Positions 38,347 to 52,443 of a stretch of 64,000 bases of DNA are shown piece after piece. Where the stretch lies: positions 1 through 64,000 of the forward strand of contig JAVECO010000022.1 in assembly GCA_051942205.1 (NCBI GenBank), in the 5' to 3' direction. Made by a program: the position numbers and the translations under genes. The notes under the pieces were generated by a model. The model did not search any database. It was not told the DNA's origin and saw only the letters and a list, made by a program, of their open reading frames with translations. The stretch comes from Coniocarpon cinnabarinum (taxonomy: Eukaryota). Every line of letters begins with the position of its first letter. The stretch's first letter is position 1.

Positions 38347-39670
38347 CTAAGCAGCACCATTGTAGGCGATGCGATCGGGAGATCCGTCGCCTCCACCACT
38401 CACACCACGGTCTGCCATCTCTCGAATCTCCTGACAAAGCCCCTGAGGACTCACCATGGAGAAGGATAACAGATATGCACCCAAGCCCGTCACATGTGGT
38501 GTCGCCATGCTCGTCCCAGAGAGCGACTTCTGCGTTGCCAATCTTTGTCAGTCTCTAGATGGTGCAACGCGTTCACAAGCAACTCACCACGCCCCCGTCA
38601 ATCCATGTCGACTCAATATTCACACCCGGCGCGAACACAGCCAGCTCGGGACCATAGTTGGAGAAGTACGGGCGTGCGTCCTCGTCGTCAACTGCGCCCA
38701 CCGTACAAGCCGTCGCCTCACATGCTGGACTGACATTGGCCGCGGGCTGTCCCTCGTTTCCGGCGGCAACAAACATTGCAAGACCTTCTTCGGTGGCTGC
38801 TTGCACTGCTCGATTGAGCGCCTTACCACGTGGTCCTCCGAGCGATAGATTTGCCACCGACTTGCCCTGTCTTCCTTTAGCAGCGACATCTTGCGTGGCC
38901 CATTCAATGCCTTTGAGAATGGCGCTAGATCCTCCGCCTCCATTGGCGCCCATTACTTTCACCGCGATCAAATTCGTCTTTTTTGCGACTCCGTACGTCC
39001 TGGAGCCGACAGTTCCGGCACAGTGCGTGCCGTGTCCATTGCCATCCGAGTCTGTATCGTCGCCGGCAAAGTTAGCCCCGAATGTTGCTCTGCCCTCAAA
39101 ATCAGGATGGTCGGTGAAAATGCCTATAATCAGATACGTCAATGCAAAAGTCCCTAGGCGCTGCCTCGGATTCACGGCTACCTGTGTCAATGATATAGCT
39201 GTATGTTCCTTCTCCCGCAACATCATCATACACGAATTCAGTGGAACCACGAGTCGTGTGTGCAATACGTGCAAGACCGTACGGTGCATCTGGTTGTATG
39301 TCGCTGATTTTTACCTTCGTCTCGGGCTCGATGAAGTCGATCTGTCTGTCGTCAAAACATTTTGACCCGCATGTTCTGCTTTTGCAATCAGACAAACCTC
39401 GTCGAAGTGGAGAAGTTGCTCTAGGAAAGTAATCTCCGAGTCAAGACTAAACCCCTTGAACTTGTGCAAGTTGTACTTGAACTTTGGCGCAGGAATGTGA
39501 AGAGCTGTCTGCATTCGATGAATGACGGACTCTAACGCTGATTCAGATGCATCAGGCTTCAAAGCTACGATGAATTTGCCTGGAATGACGTGTTCTTTTG
39601 GGAATGGTACGGGAAAGAAAGAGGCAGCGAGAGCCACTTGAGCAGCATACAAGGTGAGTAGGAAACGCAT
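38347..39670 (-). CDS. Secreted subtilisin-like serine protease (S8, proteinase K subfamily) with I9 propeptide
   Basis: Signal peptide, propeptide (IPGKFIVALK), catalytic triad IIDTG / DGNGHGTHCAGT / SGTSMATPHV, plus VAAGN oxyanion residue; three introns. Confidence 0.92.
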
Positions 39671-40627
39671 GTTGATAAGGTATTCCCTCTGATATTAAGA
39701 CGACAAGCGGCGGATGCAGACGGCTTCAGAAACACCACGAGCTATATATCATCGACATGAGCCTGTCTGTGCGAGATGGCAAGCATTAGCTGAGAACACA
39801 TTTGGCAGCTTCCTAAGGAATTGAACTGCGGTGCTGGATCCGGGCCGTGTCCAAAATCGCACCCAGTGTATCAGACAAATAGCGGAAGTTCGAGGGGTTA
39901 GACAAACAGACAAGCCCAAACAGCAAGAAGCAATCTACCAGACGAGATATAGAGACGCAGGTTGCTGCTCAGCCGACAGCTCGTCAACGTCTGCTGCAGC
40001 GTGGCAGGTCCCATCAGCGCCGTCGGGGAAGATGCGTCTCCTTGGAACTGTATAGCGGACGAATGTCATGGTGGACATTTCAGCTTTGAGTTGCCCCATT
40101 GAAGGGAGGCGTTTTGCGAGACCCGGATGTCGGAGGACCGGCCCATTGGAGGTCTTTGTTGCAGCCCATCTTGGCGCTTGCATAGGCTGCGCCATAGGTA
40201 TGCGAAGCCTCGAGGACGAAGTGAAAAAACGTGAGCAAGAACTCGGAGGTAGGAAGCTGAGTGGCTTATCGATTGGGGGCCACGCTAAGAAAGCGGTGTG
40301 TTGCCATCCTAGCAACCGTGCGCGAAAAACATCGCGGAAGGTCGCGCCACAGCAGTCAAGCAACTCCAACAAGCCACTCAAGCGCATCACCAAGCCCTAT
40401 TCCACGCACACACGAGCCTATCGTCGACTTCTTCTTCTCAACTTGGACGCGACAATTCTCGTTGCCCCCAACACAATCAGTCAAGCGACCAGAGACGACA
40501 GGACCAAGATGCGATGATAGGACACGCGTCTGGTGACAACCGCTTGTCGGGCAATGGAATCAAAGCCTACATCGCAGCAGCTTCCTAGTCGCGCCGCAAA
40601 CACCGCATCGCGCCTTCCTTCCACATC

Positions 40628-43600
40628 ATGTCACAGTCATTTCACCTGCGCTCGACGCGAGCCAGGACTCACACGACGACAACGCCCTCCCCACTCCGAC
40701 ATGCCTCAAACGCCTCAAGCTCCTCAGAAACCTCGACGACCTCCACGGATCCGTTTGCGCACACAAGGACCAATACCTTATCATCCATTGGATCACTCGA
40801 TGTGCGATCTGCGAACTCGGTCCATAAACGTGGCATAAGTGAGACTAGTCCAACCAGATCCGCTGCTCCCACCGACTATCACTACATGAATGAGCACGGA
40901 AGTACTCCGCTGTCTTCCAGAACGAATCGCGAGTCTTTGCGACCACTCTCGCAGGCTCCAAATGTTAGGCTAAGCCCCACGCCGGAGAAAGAGCCGATGC
41001 GAAGGTCAGACATCAGTTTTGAAAATGAAAATCACTATCTCCAAAGTCCAACATCTCCAGTCAGTCCGACGAACACGAGCCCCAATGGCCCTTCAAAGCA
41101 ATCATATTCGCTGGGCGTCAGCAGATCAGACTCGCGCAGAGTCAAGCAAGCACACAACCACAACCATGCACCTCCGTCCAGCCTGTTCGAGAAGAACGAC
41201 TTCGAAAAGCTTGGAAAATCGACCACAAAAGAGCTTCGCGCGTTGTCAAAGTTTGCTGAAGAAGGTGACGACGGTGACTTCTCGATCACCAACCGCGAGC
41301 AGGAGGTCATTGGCATGCATGGACGGCGCCGTCTTCAGCGAAATACTTCGAAGAGAGCCGCGCGGTCCGCGCCCGGGTACGGAGGAAGGACGTGGATGGA
41401 TACTCAACGACAATTTCTGCAAGCCTACGAGTATCTTTGCCATATTGGAGAAGCCAAAGAATGGATCGAAGATGTTATTCATCATGACATCCCTCCAATC
41501 GTACAATTGGAAGAAGCGCTTCGAGACGGTGTGGTCCTTGCAGAAATTGTGCAAACGTTGCAACCGCAGAAGTCCTTTCGCATCTTTCGAAATCCGCGGC
41601 TACAATTCCGTCACTCCGACAACATTGCCATCTTCTTCCGATTCCTTGCAGACGTAGAGCTGCCAGAGCTCTTTCGCTTCGAGCTGGTCGATCTGTATGA
41701 AAAGAAAAACATACCCAAAGTAATCTACTGCATCCACGCCCTATCCTGGATACTACTTCGAAGAGGCTTGGTCGACTTTCGAATAGGCAATCTAGTAGGT
41801 CAGCTACAATTTGAGGATCATGAGCTTGAAGCGACCCAAAAAGGTCTCGATCGGGCTGGTGTCAGCATGCCAAATTTCTCTGGCATGGGTGAGAAGTTTG
41901 GCGCAGAGCCAGAACCGCCGCCAGAGCCCCGGGAGACTGAAGAAGAGCGCATTGAGCGAGAGTTGCATGAGCACAATGCAGTGATCCAGGACCTTCAAAG
42001 TCAAGTGAGAGGTGCACTCGAGCGACTGAGGCTTGGTGACACTATGCAACACCTCTGGGACAGTGAAGAGTCGCTTGTTGATCTTCAAAGTCGCGTTCGC
42101 GGCGATTTCGCAAGGCAGATCTCCGATTATCGCACGACCATGCGACGGTTCGCTGTGGAGTTGCAGTGTCTTTGCAGAGGCCATCTGGTGCGGTCACAGT
42201 TGCAGAGCCGGCAGCGCCATTTTCACGAGTCAAGCAAGGAGGTGGTGACCATTCAAAGCCTTTTTCGAGCTCGCAAGAGCCGTGCAGAAACTCAGAGGGT
42301 CCGCATGGAGACCAGACGACATGAACCGGGAATCAAGCTTATCCAAGCAGCGATTCGGGGAGCTTTCTCTCGTCGGGACGTTGGCGATCAACTTGAAAAC
42401 CAGCAAAGGATAGAACCCATTGTCCATCAACTGCAGCACCGGATAAGGGGGGCACTGGCCCGTAAAGCTCACGCCAATAGATTACTTGCAGTGGAAGCTG
42501 CCGAGGGAGAGCTGACAAAGATTCAAGCTCACGCAAGAGGACTAATCTCACGACGGAATCAACAGATTCAACGCAGCAAACTCACTGCGGTCAATCCCGG
42601 CATCACAGCTTTGCAGAGCAGAATTCGAGCTGCACAGTCTCGGAAGAACTACCAGGGTATCGAACATGCTCTCAAGGCCAACAAGAAACCTATTATTCAG
42701 CTTCAGGCCCGAATAAGAGCCAGAAAGGTGCAGTCTGCGCAAGCTGCTGTGACTAGCGAGCTTCACAGATGTTCCTTAGAAGCTCGGAGCCTTCCGTCTT
42801 CATGTCGAGCTTTCTTGCAACGGCGAAAGATTTTGGAAGCGAAAAAAACACTGGAGCAATCGCAACTACAAATGGTGTTCATCCAGGCATCCTCGCGGGC
42901 ATATCTCGAACGACAGCGAATATACAACATGATGTGCAAGATATATCCCCATGAAAACGCCATTGTTGAGTTGCAGAGTACCCTACGTGCGATTAATGTT
43001 CGCAATGAGATTGGAGATACACTCGAACAACTTGAAGCCGAAGAGCAAACGATAGTTGACGTGCAATCCGAAATACGTGGGAAGATTGTGCGAAAGAAGT
43101 TTGCGGAGAAGCAGGCGTACTTTCGTGAGAACATGAAGAAAGTCGTACAAATTCAGAGCTTCGTACGCGGTAAACAACAGGGCCAAGCCTATAAGAGTCT
43201 CACAAGTGGAAAGAACCCCCCCGTCAACACTGTCAAGAACTTTGTACATCTGCTGAATGACAGTGACCTGGATTTCGAAGAAGAAGTCGAGGTCGAGAAA
43301 TTGCGGAAAGCTGTGGGTTCGCGAGCTCGAGATATCGAGCAGACTGAACAATGGATCGCAGATGTCGATGCCAAAATTGGTCTGCTCGCTCACAACAAGA
43401 TCACCCGAGATGAGCTCAAGAAGACGATGAGCATGAACGACAGCCATCGGATGGCTCCACGATTCGGCTCAGTCCGCGAAACGTTCAACACAAAAGCACT
43501 GAACAAGAGCGCTCGTGCAAAGTTCGAGTTGTACCAACAGCTTTTTGTCATCCTCCAAACTCAGACTGTGTATCTAGCGCGACTTTCAAGATTATACCGA

Positions 43601-45724
43601 GAGCAAGGTGCAAGCGAAGAGCAAAGCAAGCGATTAGAATCACTCACGATCAGCACCTACGGGTTCGCCCAGAAGCGACGAGAGGAGTTCTACCTCCTTG
43701 GTCTGATCTCCTCAGCAATCGTTGAGGAAGCTGAAGCATGTGCCTCATTCCAGGACTTTCAGCGCTGTACCTTTTTCTTCACACGGCTGTTCATGAATTA
43801 CGCTCGGGCGCCTCGGGATCGCAAATACATTCGAGAGGCCAATGCTCCGTTCATCAAGTCCCAATTCTTCGAAAACCCTGGACTGGACCTCGAAAGTGAT
43901 CCTCTGCAGATCTACCGAGGTATCATCAATGACGAAGAACTTCGAACCGGCAGAAGAAGCGAAAAGCCGGTTGACATTCCGCGTGAAATGGCGATTAAGG
44001 ATGCTGACGTTCGACCTGTCTTTGTGAGACACTTGCAAGATCTTAGAGATATTGTTGACCAATACCTCTCCGCGCTGGAAGATTCGCTAAAGCATGCACC
44101 TTTCGGTGCGCGGTTCGTTGCCAGACAGATGTTCAACATTCTGTGTGAGCGCTATCCAAGCGAGGACCAAAATAGCATACTCCGGCATGTGGGCAGCTGG
44201 GTATGGAAGACGTACCTAAAGCCTGCCCTGGCAGATCCTGAGAAGACTGGTACTGTCGAGCGTGCCCTAGACAGCTCTCAGAAGCGGAACATCGGTGAGC
44301 TTGTCAAAGTCATGAACCAAGCTGTGTCTGGCAGAAGGTTTGGCGACGAGAATGTGTATCTTCAGCCCCTGAACAATTACCTGGATGAGGCGATCGCAAG
44401 ATTGGAGGACTTTTGGATGCAATGTAAGTTGTCATGACCCTTGACTCCTCATGCGTACTGACTTCATTTAGTCATGGATGTGCCCGATGCTGAAGAATAT
44501 TTCGATATCGACACCATGGACGACATTCACGCAAAAAAGGCTCCAACGTTATACATGAAGTGGCCTGATATCCTTGCGATTCACCGCATCGTAGCCGACC
44601 ACATTAGGCATCTGTGCCTCACCGGCGAGGATGCAGACCTTGCGGAGACCGTCCGGGACCTCGGCAGCGTCAGGTCTAACGAAGCCGAAATGGGTGCTTA
44701 CGCCAGCTCAGAAGTCATGCTCACTCTTTCAGCCAAATTCAACGAGCGTCCAGATCCTGATGCCGACATTAAAAACCTTTTCATGGAGACGAAACGATGC
44801 ATCTTGTACATCATCCGCATACAGTCTGGACCCAACCTGATGGACATCATGGTCAAGCCTATCACGGAAGAGGAACACCTGCGGTGGGAGGCACTCGTTG
44901 CTGAAGAACAAGCGACTATGCAACAAAACCCTCAAGGCGGTTCCAGACGCAGTCGCGCGTACACTGATACAACCGGCAACTCCTCCGACCACGGCGCCAA
45001 CCTCGCTCATCTCGCCGCACTGTCATACCCGGAACTCAAAGGCATTGCTCTCGAGAACATCCTTGTGCTCGAGCAGCATGGCCGCCTCACTCGCCAGAAC
45101 AACTATCAGGACCTCCTCAACGAAATCGCTCTCGACATCCGCCAAAAACACAAACGCCGTGTCCAGCGCGCTCGCGAAGCCGAGCACGTCCGCCTCACGC
45201 TGGCTGCTCTCGACGAAAAAGCCAAGTACCTTGATGAGAAACTCGACATTTTCAACAAGACTTTCGAAATGGGCCTCAATACACTGCAATCCAAGTCACA
45301 GGGCAAGAAGCGCTTCCTCATGCCCTTTTCGCTGCAATGGCAACACGAGAAGGAACTCGAAAAGCTGGGCCGCATGCCTAAATACGGCAGCTTCAAGTAC
45401 AAAGCGACCACGCTTCTCGAAAAGGGCATTCTCGTCTCGTGGCGCGGTCGTGATCTGCGTGATGTGGAAGTGACTATTGCGTCTGATGAAGTCAATGTCT
45501 TTACGATTGAGGGATCGCGAGGAAACATGATGTTGCCGGGTGCGTGCGACACGTTTCAATGGGATGATCTGTTGCAGAGCCAGTACGAGGAACAGAGGGA
45601 GATTCGCTTCTTCTCGGATGCAGACGCGGTCAGTGGTGGCCGTGGACAGGGCGTTGGAGAATTAGTGCTGGATCGTGAGGCCTTCATGAGGCAGGTTAGT
45701 AAGAAGTTTTGGCCGGAGGGTTAG
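40628..45724 (+). CDS. IQG1: IQGAP-related cytokinesis protein (CH domain, IQ repeats, RasGAP-like and RasGAP_C)
   Basis: LQAYEYLCHIGEAKEWIE...LRDGVVLA...NIPKVIYCIHALS calponin-homology domain, many IQxxxRGxxxR repeats, GAP-related region, C-terminal YGSFKYKA. Intron at 44424-44471. Confidence 0.93.
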
Positions 45725-46665
45725 GTACTTTGGCTGCGACTGTGGTTGGATCGAGAGATGGGAAGGCTTGATGAGGTCGAAGCGATGGAGACGGGAAAGG
45801 AGTCGTGTGGATCGCTTTCCTTGGACTGAGCAAGCGGCGAGCGGAAGTGGAGCGCTTCGGCTTGAGGCTACATGATGGTGCAGCAGCAGTGAAGCTTCGG
45901 CATCATTGGCGTTTTGGGTGTTACTACGGTTGGGTGGCACAGATACGGAGGAATGAGTGATGAGTGTATAGTTATAACTCTTTTTGTATTTTTCTGAAGG
46001 ACCTGGTATCTACCAGAGCTTCGTCACTTTGACTATCATTCGTCGTCCATCGTGCTTTGGAGATGTCCTCTCCAGACATGAGACCGTAACCACATGTCGT
46101 TAATGATCAAAGGCCCATCTCTAATCAGACAATCAAAGCTGCGGTACCTCCTACACTGACGCTCTAGCTTCCAATGTTGTGCTATCACTCTTCCGTTCAC
46201 GCCTTAAGGTTACTGTCATCATAGACGAGCTTCAATCACTCAGTTCACGTCTTTGTCAGAGTGACCGTGACATAAACGAGACCAAACCCTCCTGTTTAGT
46301 GTACCTACACAAACGAGGGATGAGGACACGTACGGTCTTGAGTGGCTCAATGATCCAGACTTGACATCTTGCCGCCCCAGGTATGGCGAAGACGTCTGTT
46401 TGAGGTTGGCTTCTTTTGCTCTGAGGGATTTCTCTTCATCGCACTCGCGCAGCAATATGGATGAACGGACTTGGATCGGGGTCTATACTTCGCTGCTCGA
46501 CACCAATATCTACAACGTCTGCGCGTGATTTCCTGTGGTTTCACGAGCTTGACTGCTTTCCTCTGCTCGCTCAACTAGTCATTGACAGTAATTGCAGGGG
46601 TGTTTTCTTGGAGTGATGGGATTCTTCGTCGAATAGCAGGTCTGTGTCGTTGACAGCGGTCCACT

Positions 46666-47400
46666 TCATCCTCCATCCTCCATCGAAATAACAAACTTCT
46701 GGCTTGCTTCACGTTCTCCATTTGCGTCGCCAGGCAGACTGTGTTGTATACGCAGCTGTTCCGAGCCCGTCTGGATATCAGTTCTACTCCGGTCCCTGTC
46801 TGCCCTTCTGCGACTCCTGCAACTCTTCCGGCCTCGTTGCCTCGCCATCGTCCGTGCTTTCTTCATATCTTCCATTACCTCTTTCCCCCGTTCCTCGTTC
46901 CCGTCTTCCCACTCTTTCTCACGCCTGGAGGTTTCAAACGAAATCTCCATCCCAAAACGGAGTAATTTACGAACATTATTCACAACTCTATCGATCAACA
47001 CCCTCCTCTTCAGATTCTTCACCCCCTCCAAACTATCCCTACCACACATCAAATGCTGTCTCACCACCTCCAAAGCGCAACTATCATCGACACAAAATCT
47101 CACTTCTTCTACGCATCTACCAGGATGAGCAATGCTTAAGTTTCTCACCGATTTTCGCGTCTGTCCCATTGCATGTGCCAGAGCGAGGATATGCGCATCA
47201 ATGCTGTTTTCAACGCCTTCTTGCATTAATCCCGTCTGACGGAGGCCCATTCGGGATCGCGAATGGGAGAGTGTGTGACGTCTTCCTTGCGGATGCGCTT
47301 TCGTATCTGAAGTCGTTTGCACGATGCCGATGCCGAGACCGTTATTTTTGACGAGGTCGGCGCTTATGCTTGTGGTTATTTCCATCTCTGTTTTTCTCAT
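46666..47400 (-). CDS. Possible orphan hypothetical protein
   Basis: 244-aa ATG-initiated ORF in an otherwise unassigned 2.4-kb gap; no recognisable motif. Confidence 0.3.
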   Translation of the reverse strand: MRKTEMEITTSISADLVKNNGLGIGIVQTTSDTKAHPQGRRHTLSHSRSRMGLRQTGLMQEGVENSIDAHILALAHAMGQTRKSVRNLSIAHPGRCVEEVRFCVDDSCALEVVRQHLMCGRDSLEGVKNLKRRVLIDRVVNNVRKLLRFGMEISFETSRREKEWEDGNEERGKEVMEDMKKARTMARQRGRKSCRSRRRADRDRSRTDIQTGSEQLRIQHSLPGDANGEREASQKFVISMEDGG

Positions 47401-48194
47401 GACGGAGATGGTGGAATGACGAGGATGGTGAATTACGGCTGTATGGAAGTGATATGATTGAGGGAGGTGGCGGAGAGGAATTCAGATTGGTGAGACACGT
47501 CATTATGTTGAGATGGCGCGGCTTGACTGTTAACCATGGATAACACCCCGAGTAAGGACGAGCTGAGTTACTCTAATCAAGCGTGTCCAACATACTAGGT
47601 AGTAACTGCCATGAGCCTCTGTCTAGTCCATTTGTTTCTACCAACCAGACACTATCCAGGTGCCAGCTCACCCTTAGCCCCAAAGAGTCAAGGTCTCCGC
47701 TGGAAATTCCGTTTGCTGGCACATCAAAGAGCAGATAGGGAAAAGAAAGTACCAAGATGCGTTGAGAATCATCCTGAAAGAGATTTGCAGAAATCTGTCG
47801 AGTCGTCGCAATTTCACAGAACCGCGATTGACGATGGCATCAGAACCGTGATGGGCGATAACATCAGTAGAAAGGAGGCGCGCAGTGACGTTGACCCATT
47901 GAGCACGACGGAGTGCATCACGAGTAGGAATAGCAGAGATCTAAACCGTCCTTTTCCTCTCAAGATCAGGACTAATTCCGGGTATCAACTATACATCATT
48001 AATACATCGTAAGTAATCCTTAAATATCATACATGTTCGACTCAACAAGAAATTCCAAAAGGCCCTCCTCTTATCCCCGTGCGCTCTATGCCCATGGTCG
48101 TGAATACGTGCCGGAAATGAGTAAACAAAACCCTGAGATTTAGGTGAGATAGCTTTTTCTCCGTTCATATGCTGTGCATACTTCCTGCGTTGCA

Positions 48195-51100
48195 TCAGTC
48201 TGGTCGCCAGTTTTGCCCGTTCCCCATGAAGCCTGCACTCATGGGCCATGGCGTCTGTGAGGGGGGTCCTTGGTACGCTCCCCCAGTGCCATTTGCAGTC
48301 GGTGCATTTGGATCATTTGACTGGAGCGACATTAACGCATTGGCTGTGCCCATGTAGTCCTGGGTATGCTGTTGTGGTTGGTGATGTTGCTGTTGTTGCT
48401 GCTGCTGCTGCGCCTGGGCATGTGGTGCGGATTGTGAGTGAGGCGGCTGCTGCTGGGACCATTGAGGCGTCGATGTGCTAGGCTGCGGTTTTGCGTTCTG
48501 TTGGTAGGGCATCCATTGTTGCGTGGCTGTGCCGTTTGTAGTATTTGAGGCGGGCCCAGGCATGTCGTTCCAAGCGAGGACGGTGTTCAGGTGGTTTAGA
48601 TAGGCCTATTTGCAAAGATGTCAGCAATGGTTCCCGCAAGGACCAGTGTATGCGAAGAGAACGGTAAAGAGTAAATGACAGGGACCTGCAATGGGCAGCA
48701 AACTCACCTGCTGCTGCGCCTGCGCGTGTGCAGGATTTGCTGCAGCCCCTTGAAACGGTCTGTTATAGTTTTGAGACTGGTAGGGCACGAATCCGTTGGT
48801 GGGTTGTGGGTCATACGTAACTTGCTGCTGCTGGGAATATGGTAATGACGGAGGCTGACTGGAGCTATATTGAGGCGGAGGCGGAGGCTGATGCACTGGG
48901 TAAGTTGTTTGTGCGGGAGGTTGCTGTTGCAGCTGAGAAGGCGCTTGTAACTGCTGCTGTGAGGCTGACTGTGTATAGGCATTGGTGTGATTCGGAGTTG
49001 TTGATTGCTGCTCGCCAGTGGGTTGACGTGGTGATAGGCGGTTCATTTGCTCCTCTCGCTGTGGCTGAGGTTGCAAGGCTTGCACGGCTTGTCGCTGCAC
49101 AGGAGCGCCGTCGGCACCTTGCCTTGGCGGCTCAGAGAAATTCACAGCGCTGGGGCGGTGTCGAGCTTCAACATAGGACTTGATGTGAATCAGTATTGGA
49201 GATATGATCTGGTGCACACAATCAGGCAGCGCTCGGCCGGTACCAAGAGGCATTCCAGCGTCCTCAAGCACGGCGTAGCATGTTTCGAGGTCTTGTTGAA
49301 GTCTATTCAACTCCGCCGGTGACACTTCGTCGATTTGTTGATGGTAAGCGAACAAGAGAGTAAAAATTGCTGCGATATATGTTGACGAGTTCAGCCAAGA
49401 GGTGTCGTTCGCTTTCGCTTTTCGAAGCTCGGCGACCATTTCAATGATGCGGAAAGAGGCGTCCACGCTCGACTGAATATTACTCGAGATGAGTTGAGGA
49501 TTGACCGAGCGGCAAACGGCAGGATGATGCAAGAGCAGCTGAATCTCAGCGTCCCAATAAGCCAGCCATAAGGCCATTGTCTTGTTCTCAGGGTCTTCAG
49601 ACTCTGCTCTGCCAAGGCGAAAGAATAGAGGTAGACGTTCGCGCCACATCCTTTGCCGATTTTCCAAGCCTCGTAGCGTGCTTTCGTAATCGCCAATGGG
49701 ATGTGTTGTGTACAGACGTGTGTAAATGTCGTGAAATATCGTTAAGAGCTTGAAACTTTCAATAGCACACAAGAATGAGCAGCATCTCTCCGGTGTCTTA
49801 GCTGTTTCGCCAGGGAGAAGGTCATCAACAGGTTCTGGCATTTCAATGTCGATATCCTCGCTACGCAACTCAATGGGGCGACCAAGCTTGCCTGCGACAA
49901 TAACGATTATTCCTAAGATTGACCAAAAGACCCGCTTCCTTAGTTCGTATTCCTTGGGCATCATGGACACGCCGTCCATGGCGCGACTAGTCGCGGACCG
50001 GTGAAGGCCCATGTCTATAATGATACCACTGACCCAGTGAGTGAGGAAGTAACAGGCATGTGGCGTGGGATGATTCCTGAGCTGCATTAATATAAGAGCC
50101 AGGGCCTGGATGTCAGCAAGCGAGCGACGTTTGGTCAGCTCAGGAACGTGTTGAAGTCCGAACTCAAGGTGGGCACGGTATTGCGCTTCCATTTCTTTGT
50201 TGGCGCGTAAATCATCAGCATTTCTATTTGCCATGTGGAATTTGACCATACACAACACCAGGTGAAGCTGGACCTTTTCGGCTGGGCTGGGTCTGAAATT
50301 GGAGCTGTAAAATTTGCGCACCTGTGCAATTGATTAGTCTTCTCATCAACCGAACTTGCTGCTCTACTAACCAAGGTCATAAAGTCGTTCTTATCGAGTA
50401 TCGGAAGAAAGGCGTTAATGAGCTGCAGGTACACCCGACAGTGCTGCGCACATTCATCATATGATTGCGGCAGTCTAGCTAGTGGAGGTGGTGACCCCGG
50501 AGGCTCCGAGTAACCCTTCGAGATGAATTTGAATATACCGTCCCACGAGATCGAGGACAGCTTCAGGTTGGTCTCTTGAGGTACAAACTGCGAAAGATCC
50601 ACTCGCATCCCAAAGACAGATAAGGATAAGCCAGTCGCCGGGCTAATGCTAGTGTCTGCATAGCTTGACGATATTCCTACCCATCTGCCTGAACCCGCAT
50701 GGACGCCGGTCCCATGAAATGTCTGTGCAAAGAGGTTGGCTTCCTGTGGCAATGTAGTTGGCAGGAAGTTGGTGTCGGTAGTGGCAAATGCATTGGCAGA
50801 CTGGTCCGTTTGACTTGGAGCAGCATTTGATGATTGTCCAGCAGTGGCTTGAGATGATGGATTCCATGGCTGTTGCAGAGTAAAAGCACTGATTCTAGGT
50901 TCTGTGATCACGCCGTCAGCAACCCCATTAAACGAGCAGTCTCAGCAACATCTTCCAATCTGGGGACATCATTAAGTATGAGGAAGGGCCAGGGGTTTGA
51001 CATCGTGACTGTCGCGTCCGATTACATCAGAAAACTCCCCATATCCAGCTGATGCCCTTATTGAAAAGTTGGAAACAGAGCACCAGAAGAGCTCGGAAAT

Positions 51101-51477
51101 GTGCAGGAAGCGCGTAAAGGTGGGTGTCACTCACCCAAGTTATTCTCTTTTAACTGCGCTTGGAGGTCGGCCACCTGTTGTCGAAGGATTGCGGCCTCTT
51201 GCTCAATGGCCTCTGTGTGACCGCGGACCTGAGGTCGATTGGTGATGCGGTCGGTGGTGGTGCACTCGGTGTGATTCTGCCGGCATGGCATACATCCTCC
51301 CTGGGTGTCATCGCACCTGATTTTCCGAGTCTTGCACCTGTCACAGGCCTGGCCGGTGCGCGACGAGGCGCCAGTGTTTCTCTTCTTCGAGCTAGCAGAG
51401 CTGGGAGTGACGGGCGTGGGAGGTACTTGTTGGAGGTTCGTGGGAACGGATGCAGGTTGTTGTTGTTGTTGTTGTTG

Positions 51478-51519
<42 letters not shown>

Positions 51520-51711
51520 TTGTTGTGGTTGTGGTGGTTGTTGATGAGGCTGCTGTTGCTGCTGGATGGCTGGGGCGTAGGCTGTTGTGGGGGCGGCTTC
51601 GGGCTGAACGGGGACGTGGTAGGGATGGTGAGGGTTTTGCTGGTGAGGGGAAGACTTGTGAAGCTTTGCAGAGAAGTTGTCTTCGAGCTGTGCAGAGCGC
51701 TTGCTCGGCAT
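48195..51711 (-). CDS. Zn(II)2Cys6 transcription factor with fungal-specific TF middle domain and polyQ tracts
   Basis: ACDRCKTRKIRCD...CMPC....EC binuclear cluster; middle homology region DMGLHR...RKRVFW...LGRP; Q-rich termini; three introns (first at 50902-51134). Confidence 0.92.
51457..51525 (-). repeat. Coding trinucleotide repeat (CAA)3(CAG)10(CAA)10 encoding 23 Gln
   Basis: Counted directly in exon 1 of the Zn2Cys6 gene. Confidence 0.95.
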
Positions 51712-52443
51712 GTTCCTTTTGGAGGCGACGGCAGTTGCCGGCGAGATGGAAGTCTATGGAGGAATGTCGCGAGCAGGAACCAAGGGTTGCATGGAAGCCA
51801 GGCCACGCGACATGTGCGCGACGAAAGGATGCAAACAAGCCAGTCTCGCGCGCGGGGAGAGGGAGCAGGTGGGCCGACGGTGGAGGCGTAGGAGTGATGA
51901 GTGAATGGACGTCGCCAGGTGGTGGATGGTGTGTGAGGGCGGTCAGCGCACGACGTGGTTAGCGAATGCGTCGACTCGGACTACTCGTTCTCTCGTTCTC
52001 TCATTGCTGCTCCAGTCTCGACTCTCCCGCCAAGCCGCTAGCGCGCCCTACGACCCACTGTCTTTTTGGCGCTCGACTTGCTTCTTTGGGCAAAAAGATC
52101 TCGATAATGCGCGTCAACCTGCTGCTTGCTGCAACCTAAGCTTGTGTTTGTTGCTTTTGATCCTCCAACGTGTCAGCAACGTGGACAGGGAACCAGAGCG
52201 TTTGGCGCTGCCGCGGCCTTCTCCTTTGTCGCAGCCCACCGACGACGAGGCCTCGCTTAAATTTCGAGAATGAGCATAATCATAGCACGGAGCGGCCGGA
52301 TCGCCTCCTGACCATCCGCGATTACGCAGCAGTCCCGTCTACGTGCCACGCGATAGACACTCGACTCTTCCAATTGAAAGCTTCTTCACTCCCGCGCGCT
52401 CACACTTGTGCGGACCCGTGCGCCTGACTTTGCTCCGATAAGC

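Noticed and set aside
50902..51134. 233-nt first intron of the Zn2Cys6 gene examined for a snoRNA or riboswitch
   Set aside because: Only an imperfect C box (ATGATGT) and scattered CTGA; no recognisable rRNA guide, terminal stem or TPP consensus.
51150..51962. ORFs with poly-Leu, poly-Cys, poly-Val/Ala, poly-Ser/Asn and poly-Thr/Ala runs
   Set aside because: They are alternative-frame and antisense readings of the polyQ codon repeat in the Zn2Cys6 gene.
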